Positions 1-11,505 of a DNA stretch of 64,000 nt are shown in pieces. The DNA is from Eledone cirrhosa (Eukaryota), in the NCBI GenBank assembly GCA_964016885.1, contig OZ024741.1, forward strand, positions 385,020,001 through 385,084,000, given 5' to 3'. The notes under the pieces were generated by a model. That model had not been told where the DNA came from. It saw nothing but the letters and a program-made list of their open reading frames with translations, and ran no database searches. Within the stretch, counting starts at the first letter, position 1. The number at the start of each line of letters is the position of its first letter. The translations under genes and the position numbers were made by a program.

Positions 1-243
1 CAAACGTAGTGCTGTTGCCCAGGCACTGAAAAATCGAGTTAATTACCCACCGTCTACTCTATTGTTCGTTATCCCTGCTAATTACATTGTTATTTCCCGT
101 ATATTTAAAATAAAAATCAACTCATTAATAATATGCCTAGATATTTGTTGATTTTTTTGTAAAAAAATGGAGAATGTATTAAGCTGCTGTCTAGAACAGT
201 CGTTACCTTGGAATCATAATTATAACAAACACGATCTCATTCC

Positions 244-287
<44 letters not shown>

Positions 288-600
288 CTCTCTATCTCCC
301 CCTTTCTTCTATCTCTCCCATTTTCTTCTCTCTCGCTCTACGCTTTTTACTTTACTCGTTGAAATATCACTCATTTCAATAAAGTTAAGAAAATTAATCT
401 CATCATCATTCAAATGAATTATGAGAATGATATTTTACAAATTTTAATTAATTATGCTTCATGATCTTGAATCTAATGATCATATCAAAGATAAAAATAC
501 AATTTTGCTTATCAAAATTATTTGATAGCTTATTAAGATAACAAAATTTCGCTATTTAAAATTCCAAAAGAATCAGCGTGGAAGACTCTTATTCATTTAC

Positions 601-697
601 ATTAACTTTGCCTTTCATCCTTACGGGGTCGATAAAATAAAGTACCAGTAATGCACTGGAGTAATTGCTGGCCTTGTGCCAATAGTAGAAACAATTA
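601..697 (+). mobile_element. SINE family 1, 3' part (Meta-like core CTTTGCCTTTCATCCTTACGGGGTCGATAAAATAAAGTACCAG)
   Basis: Near-identical to the 3' half of full copies at 29417, 44046 and 60618. Confidence 0.85.
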
Positions 698-1021
698 TTC
701 AATTTTGATCCAATTGTGTAAATATTTTAACTATTCAAAAGTAGTTAACTATGGAGTTGTTGTGGTTGACTTGTATCCGAGAAGTAAAATCTAATATATA
801 ATATAATATGTAATATGTTGGGTGGCTGGTAAGCTGGTTGGCTGGTTGGCTGGTTGGCTGGTTGGCTGGTTGGCTGGTTGGTTCAGTGACAGATGTAACG
901 CTTTGCATCATATAAAGAGAGGAGGGAGCGAGAAACAGAGAGCGTAAATGAGAGATACAGAGAGAATTAACATATAGATTGAAAGGGGAGTATACATACT
1001 GAACGAAGAGGTAGGTCAATA

Positions 1022-1098
<77 letters not shown>

Positions 1099-1101
<3 letters not shown>

Positions 1102-1266
1102 AAAAGAGTCAGGATCCCGACGGCTGAGCTCCGGCCGTTTCGACAGCTAGATCCGGAGCTCAGCTGTCGGGGTCCTGAGTCTTTTCCTATTACCCACTCT
1201 ACTACCCAAAGTATTGAGTACTCTGGTGCGTTATTGTCCAAATGGTATCTTACCACACCCTCTTTG

Positions 1267-1269
<3 letters not shown>
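1099..1269 (+). mobile_element. PLE 3'-end module (family A), fold-back copy in (TA)n
   Basis: Inverted arms ~1099-1135 and 1153-1187; the same module ends the GIY-YIG-bearing element at 15060-15195; (TA)n on both sides. Confidence 0.75.
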
Positions 1270-1310
<41 letters not shown>

Positions 1311-1789
1311 TCAAACGAACGATACTGGAGCGCGCACACAAATATACTCACTTACACACACAGAGGTAATTGTCGTCTGCTGAAATAAATAAAAAATATG
1401 TAAATATAGATATTTTCATAAATGTTAACATTTAAAACGTTAAATGTTAAATTTCTATTATATATTGTACATAACATATTTTGTCACCGTCAATGTTTAT
1501 AAAGCGCTAGTAACAAATAGAACATTCTACATATATGGTAATATATGTTTCTTTTCGCAATTTCATTTATTTCTTTTTTCTCAAATCGTTGTTTTCTTTT
1601 AATACTATTCTTGTAATCTATATTAAATTCATCATTTTTCTGTCTGCTGGAAAATACGTAAATTTGGCATATTTAGATATTAATGTGCTTATATTGTACT
1701 GTATATGTACATATGTATTTATCGTATATTTCAAATGTTACAGGCGCATTCATTCATTTATTTTTTTAAAATTATAGATAGATAGAGTT

Positions 1790-1908
1790 CTATCGACAAG
1801 ATCCCAGACCCCGTTCGCCTACCAAGTGCAGTGGAACTCGTTAAATCGGACTAAGGAAACAATGTTTTCATTGGTTTTTACATTGCTGTACTAACCATCA
1901 GTCACAAT
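1790..1908 (-). mobile_element. SINE family 2, tail fragment
   Basis: Reverse complement of the 26460-26575 tail. Confidence 0.6.
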
Positions 1909-2054
1909 ATTTATACGTTTATATTAATTTACCTACTGTTACCTGTAGTGATCATATGAGGACTAACTGTCTAGTAAAGGTAATATTACAAATAATCAGC
2001 AATTGCCGAAGATCTTAGATGTTTTTTAAATCAATTACAAATGGTTAGTGAATG

Positions 2055-2197
2055 TACGTGGTTTAGTGGTAACAATGTTGGAGTTAAGATCATAATGCCG
2101 TGGGTTCGATTCCTGGACTAGGTTGTTTATTGTCTTCTTGAACAAAACACTTCAGTTCATGTTTCTTCAGTATACTCATCTGTAAATGAGTACCAAC
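2055..2197 (+). mobile_element. tRNA-derived SINE family 2 (CORE-like), diverged
   Basis: A box TGGTTTAGTGG, B box GGTTCGATTCC, then TTGTCTTCTTGAACAAAACACTT. Confidence 0.65.
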
Positions 2198-2199
2198 TA

Positions 2200-3150
2200 T
2201 GTTTGTAAGCCTCTTTTAGTCATATGATGACAATATTTGCCAGTACCCAACTCATGTTGTCTTTGACTGACAACCCACGCTAATTCCTTCCAATGTTGAA
2301 TGAACCCTTCTTATGCAATGTGTTATGCTGGCATGTAGCCATGGGATTAGTACAGTCCCAAACAACCAGATCAAAGTAAATAGCATGAGCAGCATATGAA
2401 TGAGCTGCTTACTTGAATTACCGTATTTCCCGGCGCCGAAGACGCTTCGTCCTCGAGGACGCACCCTAATTTTGACAACCAAAAAATTGAAAAAAAAAAA
2501 AAATAAACAACCTTCGCTCTCCAGGACGCATGGAATATTTTTGAGGCTTATTTTAGGGAAAAAGTAGCGTCTTCGACGTCGGGAAATATGGTATATTTCA
2601 AAATTCAGTCATCAGTTTGTCTGTCCAAGACTCGCTCAATGTCTTCTGTTATTGGTGTGTCACTTTCACTGTCACTTTGATAACCTTTAGCTAGCTCTGT
2701 TCGAGCTAATTCTCGTAGATAACTGCGGTACACGTACGACAAAATGGTCTTTGAAATGATCATTTGGGATGGATTGTATGGACACTTTCTTGATTGTGGT
2801 TTATTTCTTTGCTATTGTGAACTCTTTCTTCACGTCACTCACCATAGCTGAAGAGTTGGTGTTTTCAGCAAGTTCAGAGTAGTAGCTATTTTTCAGTTCT
2901 TTTGATCTTACTTTAGTTTTGTTCACTTTGTTCCTTTCATTTGTTATTCCTAATTCTTTAACAAGATATTGCAGTTGTTTATGGTTCCCTATTTTTCACG
3001 TGTTCAATTTTTGGGCACACCTCTTTATTCTTCCGCGGCGCCTTTCATTTCGTATAAGTAGTGGCTGGCCTTATTCTAGTAATTGTCGTTTTTCGCCATA
3101 TATTACTGAAGGTGTTTCATGAATTTCACATTTTACTTGACACAAGGTAC
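2200..3150 (-). pseudogene. Old, degenerate LINE ORF2 fragment (RT N-terminal region) interrupted by a MITE
   Basis: Minus strand reads LFTLIW..VLIPWLHASIT, then after a frameshift LHKKGS..N*RGLS, typical of LINE RT domains 1-2; many stops. Confidence 0.55.
2421..2591. mobile_element. Tc1/mariner (Tc2-like) MITE
   Basis: TIRs CCGTATTTCCCGGCG...CGTCGGGAAATATGG, TA on both sides; second copy at 40680-40849. Confidence 0.85.
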
Positions 3151-4367
3151 GTATATCTCTAGTATACCTAGATTTATATAAATTTTATGTCTGATTATTG
3201 TTGTTAATCTGTTGTTATTTGTTTCAAAATTTAAGATCAATTGTGAATGAGATTACACATCAATATATTTATAATTCTAAATATTCACCTTACTCTATAT
3301 ACAGTCGCGATGAATATAATACAAGACAATTTAATATACTCGTAAATTGATGCTAACATGCGCATGCATACAGAAACATAGCGCAGAGATATACAGACAT
3401 TTGAAAACGTTAAAGCACACACACACACACGGACATACTCTCTCACACACACAAACACATACACACATATACTCTCTCTCTCTCTTTCTCTCTCAAACAC
3501 AGGTAGTCACAATCTTAAGGGCTGGTGCTATATGTGAAAAAACTGGTGCGTGAATGCAACCAACAGACATCCAGACACACAGAACACACACACTTACACA
3601 TAAACGCACCATCTCTCTTTCTCCCTCACTTTCACACACACGCAGGTAATTAGTCTTAAGGGCTGGAGCTATATATGAACCAATCTGGTGTGTGAATGTT
3701 GTATTAATACCATTGAGACAAGGTAAGAGACTGTATTCGGTATTTGAACATATTTCAGTGCCTATATACCTATAGGTAATTGGTTATATTTAGCAAAATA
3801 TAAGGAAAGTAAATCCCTAGAGTTATTATCTTAGACTTAGAGTATGAAATCTATTCAAGTGAAACATACGGTTCAACATGCTTCCAAATGTAGTAACACA
3901 AAACTTATCAATTTCATCGAAAGTCTTCTTATATATCGTATCAACTCCTTGGGCAGCCTCATTCTAGTTTTCTCAGATTTATCGCTACTGTAATTTCAAT
4001 TTCTTCTTCAGATTAATCAGCATCATCATCATCATTGCGACCATAGTCGAACACGTCTTAGTTTATTTATCAGTTGTTAATTCGAACAGGGGAGGTAACT
4101 CCTCTTGAATTAGTACCCTCTCTCGAGAAAAAAACATTACTTTTACTGAACATTATCAAATTAAATTCGTTATTGTTTAACATTCCAACCTCCCAAGATC
4201 GTGACACACGCAGGTATACACACATGCGCGTGCACAAACACATACACACACACAAACACATACACGCACACACGCATACACATACACATGCGAAAAATTA
4301 AACGGAAAACAACACAATTTACAATGAATATATATATTAGTTTACCGTTTGATTTAGTAGGAAAAAA

Positions 4368-4403
4368 GACTTAACGTTTCGGACGTTAGTCCTTCACCAG
4401 AAG
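4368..4403 (-). ncRNA. Degenerate minimal hammerhead motif
   Basis: CTGGTGA-a-GGAC taac GTCC-GAAA-CGT-TA; A6G core change; close to a short (TA)n. Confidence 0.5.
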
Positions 4404-4931
4404 ATTGAATGAGAAATAAAAGTAGAAGTAGAAAGATCGAAGACATTGAGAGGGGGGAAGAAATGGATAACATGTCTGAAAAAAAACACGTGTGTGTTCA
4501 GTCAGTATATATGGTAGACAAATAGTGTAGTGGGTGCATATGAAATCATAGGGTTAGAGTTAGGGTTAGGGTCATGTGCCACCATTTAACTCTTTCAACA
4601 CTTTTTATCAGCGATATACCCAGAACAAATATTTGTCTCCTCTTTAGTTACAATTTCACAAATAATAAAAAACAAACTTGTGTTAGACAGCTAAATTATT
4701 ATTATTACTGGGTTAGTACCTGTAAAAATAACGAGGTTATAGTAAAACATATCAAATTAATAATTCCTTGATTACAACATTCTATGTAAAGAGGGTTGAA
4801 TCCTTCAGTTTCTGGGACCTCCTCTCTCGTCATCCCACCAATCGCTGTATTTTACATTTATATCAATTACAATACTGTTCTTCCATATTTCTTTAATCAT
4901 TATGAAACATATATCCACTAAACTGCAATAT

Positions 4932-5176
4932 CTACCTACCTACCTACCTACCTACCTACCTACCTACCTACCTACCTACCTACCTACCTACCTACCTACC
5001 TACCTACCTACCTACCTACCTACCTACATACCTACCTACCTACCTACCTACCTACACACCTACCTACCTACCTACCTACCTACCTACCTACCTACCTACC
5101 TACCTACCTACCTACCTACCTACCTACCTACCTACCTACCTATCTACCTACCTACCTACCTACCTATCTACCTATC
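4932..5176 (+). repeat. (TACC)n microsatellite grading to (TATC)n
   Basis: Direct reading; it produces the YLPT ORF. Confidence 0.97.
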
Positions 5177-5177
5177 G

Positions 5178-8100
5178 TAGCGGATCATCTAGGTCGTACC
5201 TAGATAGGTTCTTAGTTAGAATTAAGGATAAGGACTTTTTAAGTTGTCCAAAAATGCGCATGGTTGGCTATTCAGACCACAAATTAGTGACCTGCATGGT
5301 CAACCTTGACAGAACTCATAGACAGGGCCCCGGTTACTGGAAGCTCAACTTGTCCTTGCCGGCAAGTAGAGCCTACAGGAATCGGATTAGTACGTTAGTT
5401 AAGGAACGGTTGACTGGAGCGATCGTCAACAGCAGGTGGTGGGTATCTCTAAAGAGAGAGATTAGAGTAGTCTCGATAGAATTTAGTAAGGTTCTAGCTG
5501 CGGATAGGAATAGGAAGGAAAGGGAGCTAATAGATAGAGTAGAAGAGGCAATTAGAAGCGGCGACGTGGCCAGAGTGCTAGCGTCGAGAACGGCTTTGAG
5601 CCAGTTTTTCGACGCGAAGCACGAAGGCTGCGTTGTCCGAAGTAAAATACGTGCTCTAGGGAACGAGGGGACCAAAGCTGTTAGCTGGGCCCGCGTGACA
5701 GAGGCCAACAGTGGAACTAAATCCACCATCCGGTCTTTGCGAGACCTGGATGGACGGGCGATTCTTGAGCCTAAGCAGATGTGTGAGGCCTTTCAAAGGC
5801 ACTTTGCCCGACTGTTCGGGAGGGGCGGGGAGCCGGTTGAGAACGTGGACTTCGGTCCATACCTCGACGGCCTGCCGCGCCTCTCGGACAGGGAGGCGAA
5901 GTCCTGCGAGGAGCCGATTTCGGCCGCTGAGATAGAGGACGTGCTGAGCCAATGCGGCAAACGCAAATCCCCGGGTCTCGATGGTCTTCCTTACGAATTA
6001 TATCTAGCTATGCCGGACTTGTTCCCCGATCTCCTCGAGGCGGTCTACTGCAACTGGCAACAGAACGGGAGAATTCCCTGTACTTTGACCAAGGGCGTAG
6101 TCACGCTAGTGAGGAAGGACGAGAACAAGGGGGACGAAATAAGTAACTTCAGGCCCATAACTCTGCTAAATACAGAGTTACAGATTTTGGCCAAGGTGCT
6201 AGCAAAGAGATTGGCGCTTGTCGTGGGCAACCTGGTGGGAGATGCGCAGACATGCGCTATCCCGTCCAGGTCCATCCATGACAACCTCCACCTCATGCGA
6301 TACATCATAGAGAGGGTTGGGAACGAACCCGGCTTTGGTGGGGCTCTGATCAACTTGGATCAATCTAAGGCGTTCGATAGGGTCGACCATGGTTACCTGG
6401 ATGCGGTGCTAGCGGCGGCAGGCTTCGGACCCGTTTTCAGGGGCTGGATCACTGCTATGCACAGCAGCCGCATCTGCTCTAGGGTCAAGGTGAACGGCTA
6501 CCTCTCGGAGCCGTTCAAAATCGCGCGGTCCATCCGACAAGGGTGCCCTCTCTCCTCCCTTCTGTATGTGTTGACTCTCGAGCCACTACTGCGGAAGTTG
6601 GAGTTGTTGCAGGGCATCCCTTTGGAACCGGGATTGCGGAAAGCGGTGTCGGCCTACGCCGATGACGTGACAGTAATGGTGTCGACGGCCTCCGAAATCG
6701 AGGCGGTCGGCACCTTACTGGAAGAGTACGAAAAGTTCACAGGGGCTAAGCTGAACCGGGACAAGTCGATCGGTTTGCAACTCGGCACGTGGAGGGGCAG
6801 ACCGATGCCCTCCGATGGCGTCGTCGGACGCTGGACGGAGGGCCCGGTGAAGTTGCTCGGGGTCTGGTTCGGACCGGACCTCCAGGTGGAGAAAAACTGG
6901 GCGGAGGTTACGAACAGGGTGTTTGCACTGACCCAGAAGTGGGCCAGTTGCAAACTATCCCTGAAAGGTCGGGCGGAGGTGGCGAACACCTACATAGCGT
7001 CCGTCATCTACTACCGCCTGACCGTAGTGCCCTTCCCAAGGGAAACCCTCACCAAGATGGAGCGCGCGCTCTTCCAATTCCTTTGGAAGAGGCGGGCTCC
7101 TATGGTGAGGAGATCCATCTGCTGTCAACACACTTCGAAAGGAGGGCTGGGGATGCCGTGGCTAATGATGCGTAAACACGCATTAAGGCTACGGCACCTC
7201 TACGTATTCCTCACCGGACAACCGGTGTGGGCCTCGTTTGTGAGACGAACCTTTCCCAGACTCGTCTCACTCACCGAGCTGCAATCCTGGGTCAAGCAAA
7301 GACCGAGAAAACTGGGCGCCTGGCACACTGAGTGTGCCCAGGCGCTCACCGCCCTCTGGCAGGCGGATCCGATTATCAGTGGAGACTCCACCGCAACATT
7401 CTATAGAGGGCTGGTACGCAGCAGGTGCGACGACGCCCTCGGAGAAGCCCTAGACATGGAGGAGGACGAACTGGCCAGCCTGTTCGGTAGGACATTCAGC
7501 CCGGGACCTATGGACAACTTCCAGAAGTCCCTGGCCTGGCAGTGCTACCGAGGAGCTTTACCCGTTCGAGAAAGGCTCTACAGACACGGGCGCCCGGGTA
7601 GGGACCCCGCCAAAAAGATCTGTCCCAGATGCGTGTGCGACGAGGAAACCGTTGCACACGCATTGGTACACTGCTCGGGCGTAGCCGATCTGTGGGGCTA
7701 TGTCGAACAACTGCTGTCAAGGGTGGGACCGATCCGGTTGACCACCGAGTCTATTGTAATGATCAAGACGCCTCCCCCCTTCAAAGATGAAGCAGAGGCG
7801 GTGTTTCTGTGCGTAATAGCCATGGCGAAAGAGGTTGTATGGTGGACGCGTCTGAAAGGACTGAGGTCAGGCACCTTTCTCTCTGGCCAACAACTGGTCC
7901 GTTTCTTCCGATATCATTTCGGAAGAAGGATCAGGATGGAGAGAGAGGTGCTGCACCCCAGTCGTTTTTATGAAAGGTGGGTGAAAGTGGCGAGAATGGC
8001 CCGTGTGAATGGGCCTTCACTCTACATCAGACTATAGGTGAGGAAGATGAAAGACCAAGGGAGCACCCCTTCTCTGTGCTCCTGAGGAAAAGGGTTGCAC

Positions 8101-8365
8101 ACTTTTTCGGGGGTGTGTGCGACCCCCCAAGGCGCCTCCTCTCTATTGAGGATTTTGTTATAAATTTTATTTTTTGTTATATTTTATAACAAAATCCTCT
8201 ATTGAGGATTTTGTTATAATTCTATTTTTTGTTATACTTTATTTTATTTTTATATATTGTTATTGCCTCCTCCCTATTGAGGACGCCTTGTTTTGTAAAC
8301 TCCCCCCATTGTACTTGTCCCACTTTTGATGCCCTTGTGGCAAATAAAAGAAACATATCTATCTC
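5178..8365 (+). mobile_element. Tx1/L1-clade non-LTR retrotransposon, 5'-truncated within the APE endonuclease
   Basis: Begins with SYLDR...SDH (APE C-terminus); GC-rich ORF2; 3' UTR ends AATAAAAGAAAC-ATATCTATCT. Confidence 0.9.
5254..8037 (+). CDS. ORF2: APE C-terminus, reverse transcriptase, C-terminal CCHC zinc finger
   Basis: Uninterrupted 927 aa with GYWKLN, SPGLDG, NFRPITLLN, LDQSKAFDRV, IRQGCPLS, YADD and CPRC...H....C. Confidence 0.93.
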   Translation: MRMVGYSDHKLVTCMVNLDRTHRQGPGYWKLNLSLPASRAYRNRISTLVKERLTGAIVNSRWWVSLKREIRVVSIEFSKVLAADRNRKERELIDRVEEAIRSGDVARVLASRTALSQFFDAKHEGCVVRSKIRALGNEGTKAVSWARVTEANSGTKSTIRSLRDLDGRAILEPKQMCEAFQRHFARLFGRGGEPVENVDFGPYLDGLPRLSDREAKSCEEPISAAEIEDVLSQCGKRKSPGLDGLPYELYLAMPDLFPDLLEAVYCNWQQNGRIPCTLTKGVVTLVRKDENKGDEISNFRPITLLNTELQILAKVLAKRLALVVGNLVGDAQTCAIPSRSIHDNLHLMRYIIERVGNEPGFGGALINLDQSKAFDRVDHGYLDAVLAAAGFGPVFRGWITAMHSSRICSRVKVNGYLSEPFKIARSIRQGCPLSSLLYVLTLEPLLRKLELLQGIPLEPGLRKAVSAYADDVTVMVSTASEIEAVGTLLEEYEKFTGAKLNRDKSIGLQLGTWRGRPMPSDGVVGRWTEGPVKLLGVWFGPDLQVEKNWAEVTNRVFALTQKWASCKLSLKGRAEVANTYIASVIYYRLTVVPFPRETLTKMERALFQFLWKRRAPMVRRSICCQHTSKGGLGMPWLMMRKHALRLRHLYVFLTGQPVWASFVRRTFPRLVSLTELQSWVKQRPRKLGAWHTECAQALTALWQADPIISGDSTATFYRGLVRSRCDDALGEALDMEEDELASLFGRTFSPGPMDNFQKSLAWQCYRGALPVRERLYRHGRPGRDPAKKICPRCVCDEETVAHALVHCSGVADLWGYVEQLLSRVGPIRLTTESIVMIKTPPPFKDEAEAVFLCVIAMAKEVVWWTRLKGLRSGTFLSGQQLVRFFRYHFGRRIRMEREVLHPSRFYERWVKVARMARVNGPSLYIRL

Positions 8366-8366
8366 T

Positions 8367-9907
8367 TTTGCAACTCGGCACGTGGAGGGGCAGACCGATG
8401 CCCTCCGATGGCGTCGTCGGACGCTGGACGGAGGGCCCGGTGAAGTTGCTCGGGGTCTGGTTCGGACCGGACCTCCAGGTGGAGAAAAACTGGGCGGAGG
8501 TTACGAACAGGGTGTTTGCACTGACCCAGAAGTGGGCCAGTTGCAAACTATCCCTGAAAGGTCGGGCGGAGGTGGCGAACACCTATATAGCGTCCGTCAT
8601 CTACTACCGCCTGACCGTAGTGCCCTGCCCAAGGGAAACCCTCACCAAGATGGAGCGCGCGCTCTTCCAATTCCTTTGGAAGAGGCGGGCTCCTATGGTG
8701 AGGAGATCCATCTGCTGTCAACACCCTTCGAAAGGAGGGCTGGGGATGCCGTGGCTAATGATGCGTAAACACGCATTAAGGCTACGGCACCTCTACGCGT
8801 TCCTCACCGGTCAACCGGTGTGGGCCTCGTTTGTGAGACGAACCTTTCCCAGACTCGTCTCACTCATCGAGCTGCAATCCTGGGTCAAGCAAAGACCGAG
8901 AAAACTGGGCGCCTGGTACACTGAGTGTGCCCAGGCGCTCACCGCCCTCTGGCAGGCGGATCCGGTTATCAGTGGAGACTCCACCGCAACATTCTATAGA
9001 GGGCTGGTACGCAGCAGGTGCGACGACGCCCTCGGAGAAGCCCTAGACATGGAGGAGGACGAACTGGCCAGCCTGTTCGGTAGGACATTCAGCCCGGGAC
9101 CTATGGACAACTTCCAGAAGTCCCTGGCCTGGCAGTGCTACCGAGGAGCTTTACCCGTTCGAGAAAGGCTCTACAGACACGGGCGCCCGGGTAGGGACCC
9201 CGCCAAAAAAATCTGTCCCAGATGCGTGTGCGACGAGGAAACCGTTGCACACGCATTGGTAAACTGCTCGGGCGTAGCCGATCTGTGGGGCTATGTCGAA
9301 CAACTGCTGTCAAGGGTGGGACCGATCCGGTTGACCACCGAGTCTATTGTAATGATCAAGCCGCCTCCCCCCTTCAAAGATGAAGCAGAGGCGGTGTTTC
9401 TGTGCGTAATAGCCATGGTGAAAGAAGTTGTATGGTGGACGCGTCTGAAAGGACTGAGGTCAGGCACCTTTCTCTCTGGCCAACAACTGGTCCATTTCTT
9501 CCGATACCATTTCGGAAGAAGGATCAGGATGGAGAGAGAGGTGCTCCACCCCAGTCGTTTTTATGAAAGGTGGGTGAAAGTGGCGAGAATGGCCCGTGTG
9601 AATGGGCCTTCTCTTTACATAAGCCTGTAGGTGGAAAAGAGGAAGGAACGAGGGAGCACCCCCTCTCTGTACTCCTGAGGAAAAGGGTTACACACTTTTT
9701 TCGGGGGTGTGTGCGACCCCCCAAGGCGCCTCCTCTCTATTGAGGATTTTGTTATAAATTTTATTTTTTGTTATATTTTATTTTATTTTTATATTTTGTT
9801 ATTGCCTCCTCCTTATTGAGGACGCCTTTTTGTGTAAACTCCCCCCTTTGTACTTGTCCCACTTTTGATGCCCTGGTGGCAAATAAAAGAAACATATCTA
9901 TCTATCT
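8367..9907 (+). mobile_element. Second, more truncated copy of the same Tx1-like LINE
   Basis: Matches 6774-8365 with few substitutions; ORF open to 9630; same (ATCT)n tail. Confidence 0.92.
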
Positions 9908-9987
9908 CTTTTTTAATAAAGTACCAGTGATGCACTGGGTCGATTTAATCACCTTTAAATTGCTGGCCTCATGCCAAATTAGAAACA

Positions 9988-10056
<69 letters not shown>

Positions 10057-10135
10057 TAGCGTTTTTAGGTGGCGTCAATTACTGGCTAGGTTATCTGACC
10101 AGTCCGACAACAGGAATGGCGAGCGCCACGTAGAA

Positions 10136-10141
<6 letters not shown>

Positions 10142-10232
<91 letters not shown>
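10142..10232 (+). repeat. (CA)n microsatellite
   Basis: Direct reading. Confidence 0.97.
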
Positions 10233-10234
<2 letters not shown>

Positions 10235-10487
10235 AATAAATCAAGATGATAAATACATTATATCTCCCCCTTGGCAATTCTTCCAACTCCAACTTACCCA
10301 CCCCCACATAAGTAATGAAACATCCAGACAACACAAACACATACACATACACAAACTTGCGCAGCCACTCCCGGAAATTATATTAAAAAAAATATATCTA
10401 TAATATGTGTATAAAATATAATCAATTTATTCTAAAACTTTTCTTTAACATCCTATAAAGCACATTTACCCTTATATGGACAAGCCA

Positions 10488-10586
10488 CTCCCCGGATGAA
10501 ATGGCCAGTTGACTGTAAGTCTGTTTATTAACCGTCTGGAACTAGCTGTCGAAACGGCAAGAGCTCAGCCATTGGCCCCAAACTCT

Positions 10587-10590
<4 letters not shown>
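10488..10590 (+). ncRNA. Degenerate family A hammerhead
   Basis: ccc-CGGATGA-aATGGCCAGTT...AACTAGCTGTc-GAAA-CGGC...GCCATT; several core defects. Confidence 0.45.
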
Positions 10591-10628
<38 letters not shown>

Positions 10629-10846
10629 AATTATTGACGTATTGTTTTATTGATATTTTTTATCTGTTTGGCCCGAATCTTCCTTTATCGATTTTAAATC
10701 GTATGGTTGATTGTAGACTTGTTCTATATGTGACGGTATTTTAACGATAGTTATAGCTCTGATTCATCTGAATTATTGAGCCCTCTGCCGCTCATATCGA
10801 ATTTCGTTTATCGTGAACTCGTGCGCCGATTTTTCGATACTCGATC

Positions 10847-10878
<32 letters not shown>

Positions 10879-11438
10879 TCATATGTAACCCATGTGCAAC
10901 GACGCAGCACGCCATTTTTCATATATTTATATTTTTTCCTCCGCTGCGACCTGTCTGTTTTTTTCTTACTGCTTCCCCTTTCTCTGTATCTCTCACCTTC
11001 TTTTTACCCCCTCTGCCAGTCACTCTCTCTCCGCTGGCCTCTTCCTCACACTTTCACTCACTCACTCTCTGCTTCTCCCCCTCTCTCACTTCCTCCCGTT
11101 TGACCTGTGTGAAATCCTTTTCTCGCTCATATCTCACACAGGTCGGATGGTCTGTATCTCACCTCGTCTATGATTTCACAGAACTTAAGTTCACCGATAT
11201 CACGGACTTGTTTCTCTTCTTCCTATCTTTCCGTTGCATTACCATCTTTGTTTGTTTACATGTCTCGCTCGCTTCACCCTATTTTACGTGTCCCAATAGC
11301 TTTCTTTAGTTATTGCTCGCACCAACCAGAGGTATATGGTCTTTAAAGCGAAAAAATACAAATGAAGGCTGGAAGATCACTGATGAAGGACTAATTTTAT
11401 TCATATGTAACCCATGTGCAACCACGCAGCACGCCATT

Positions 11439-11445
<7 letters not shown>
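10879..11445 (+). mobile_element. Non-coding family B unit (~520 bp) with ~45-bp terminal direct repeat, in (TA)n
   Basis: TTCATATGTAACCCATGTGCAAC...CATTTTTCATA at both ends; homologous to 11503-13227, 21450-21790 and 56320-56650. Confidence 0.75.

Positions 11446-11502
<57 letters not shown>

Positions 11503-11505
<3 letters not shown>

Noticed and set aside
4549-4572. TTAGGG telomere-like repeats
   Set aside because: Only 3-4 imperfect units; not a telomere.
4902-5180. YLPT-repeat ORF
   Set aside because: (TACC)n artefact.
5373-9724. Overlapping and antisense ORFs inside the Tx1 copies
   Set aside because: Shadow ORFs of GC-rich coding DNA; the N-terminus of 8326..9630 is a chance fusion with the upstream 3' UTR.
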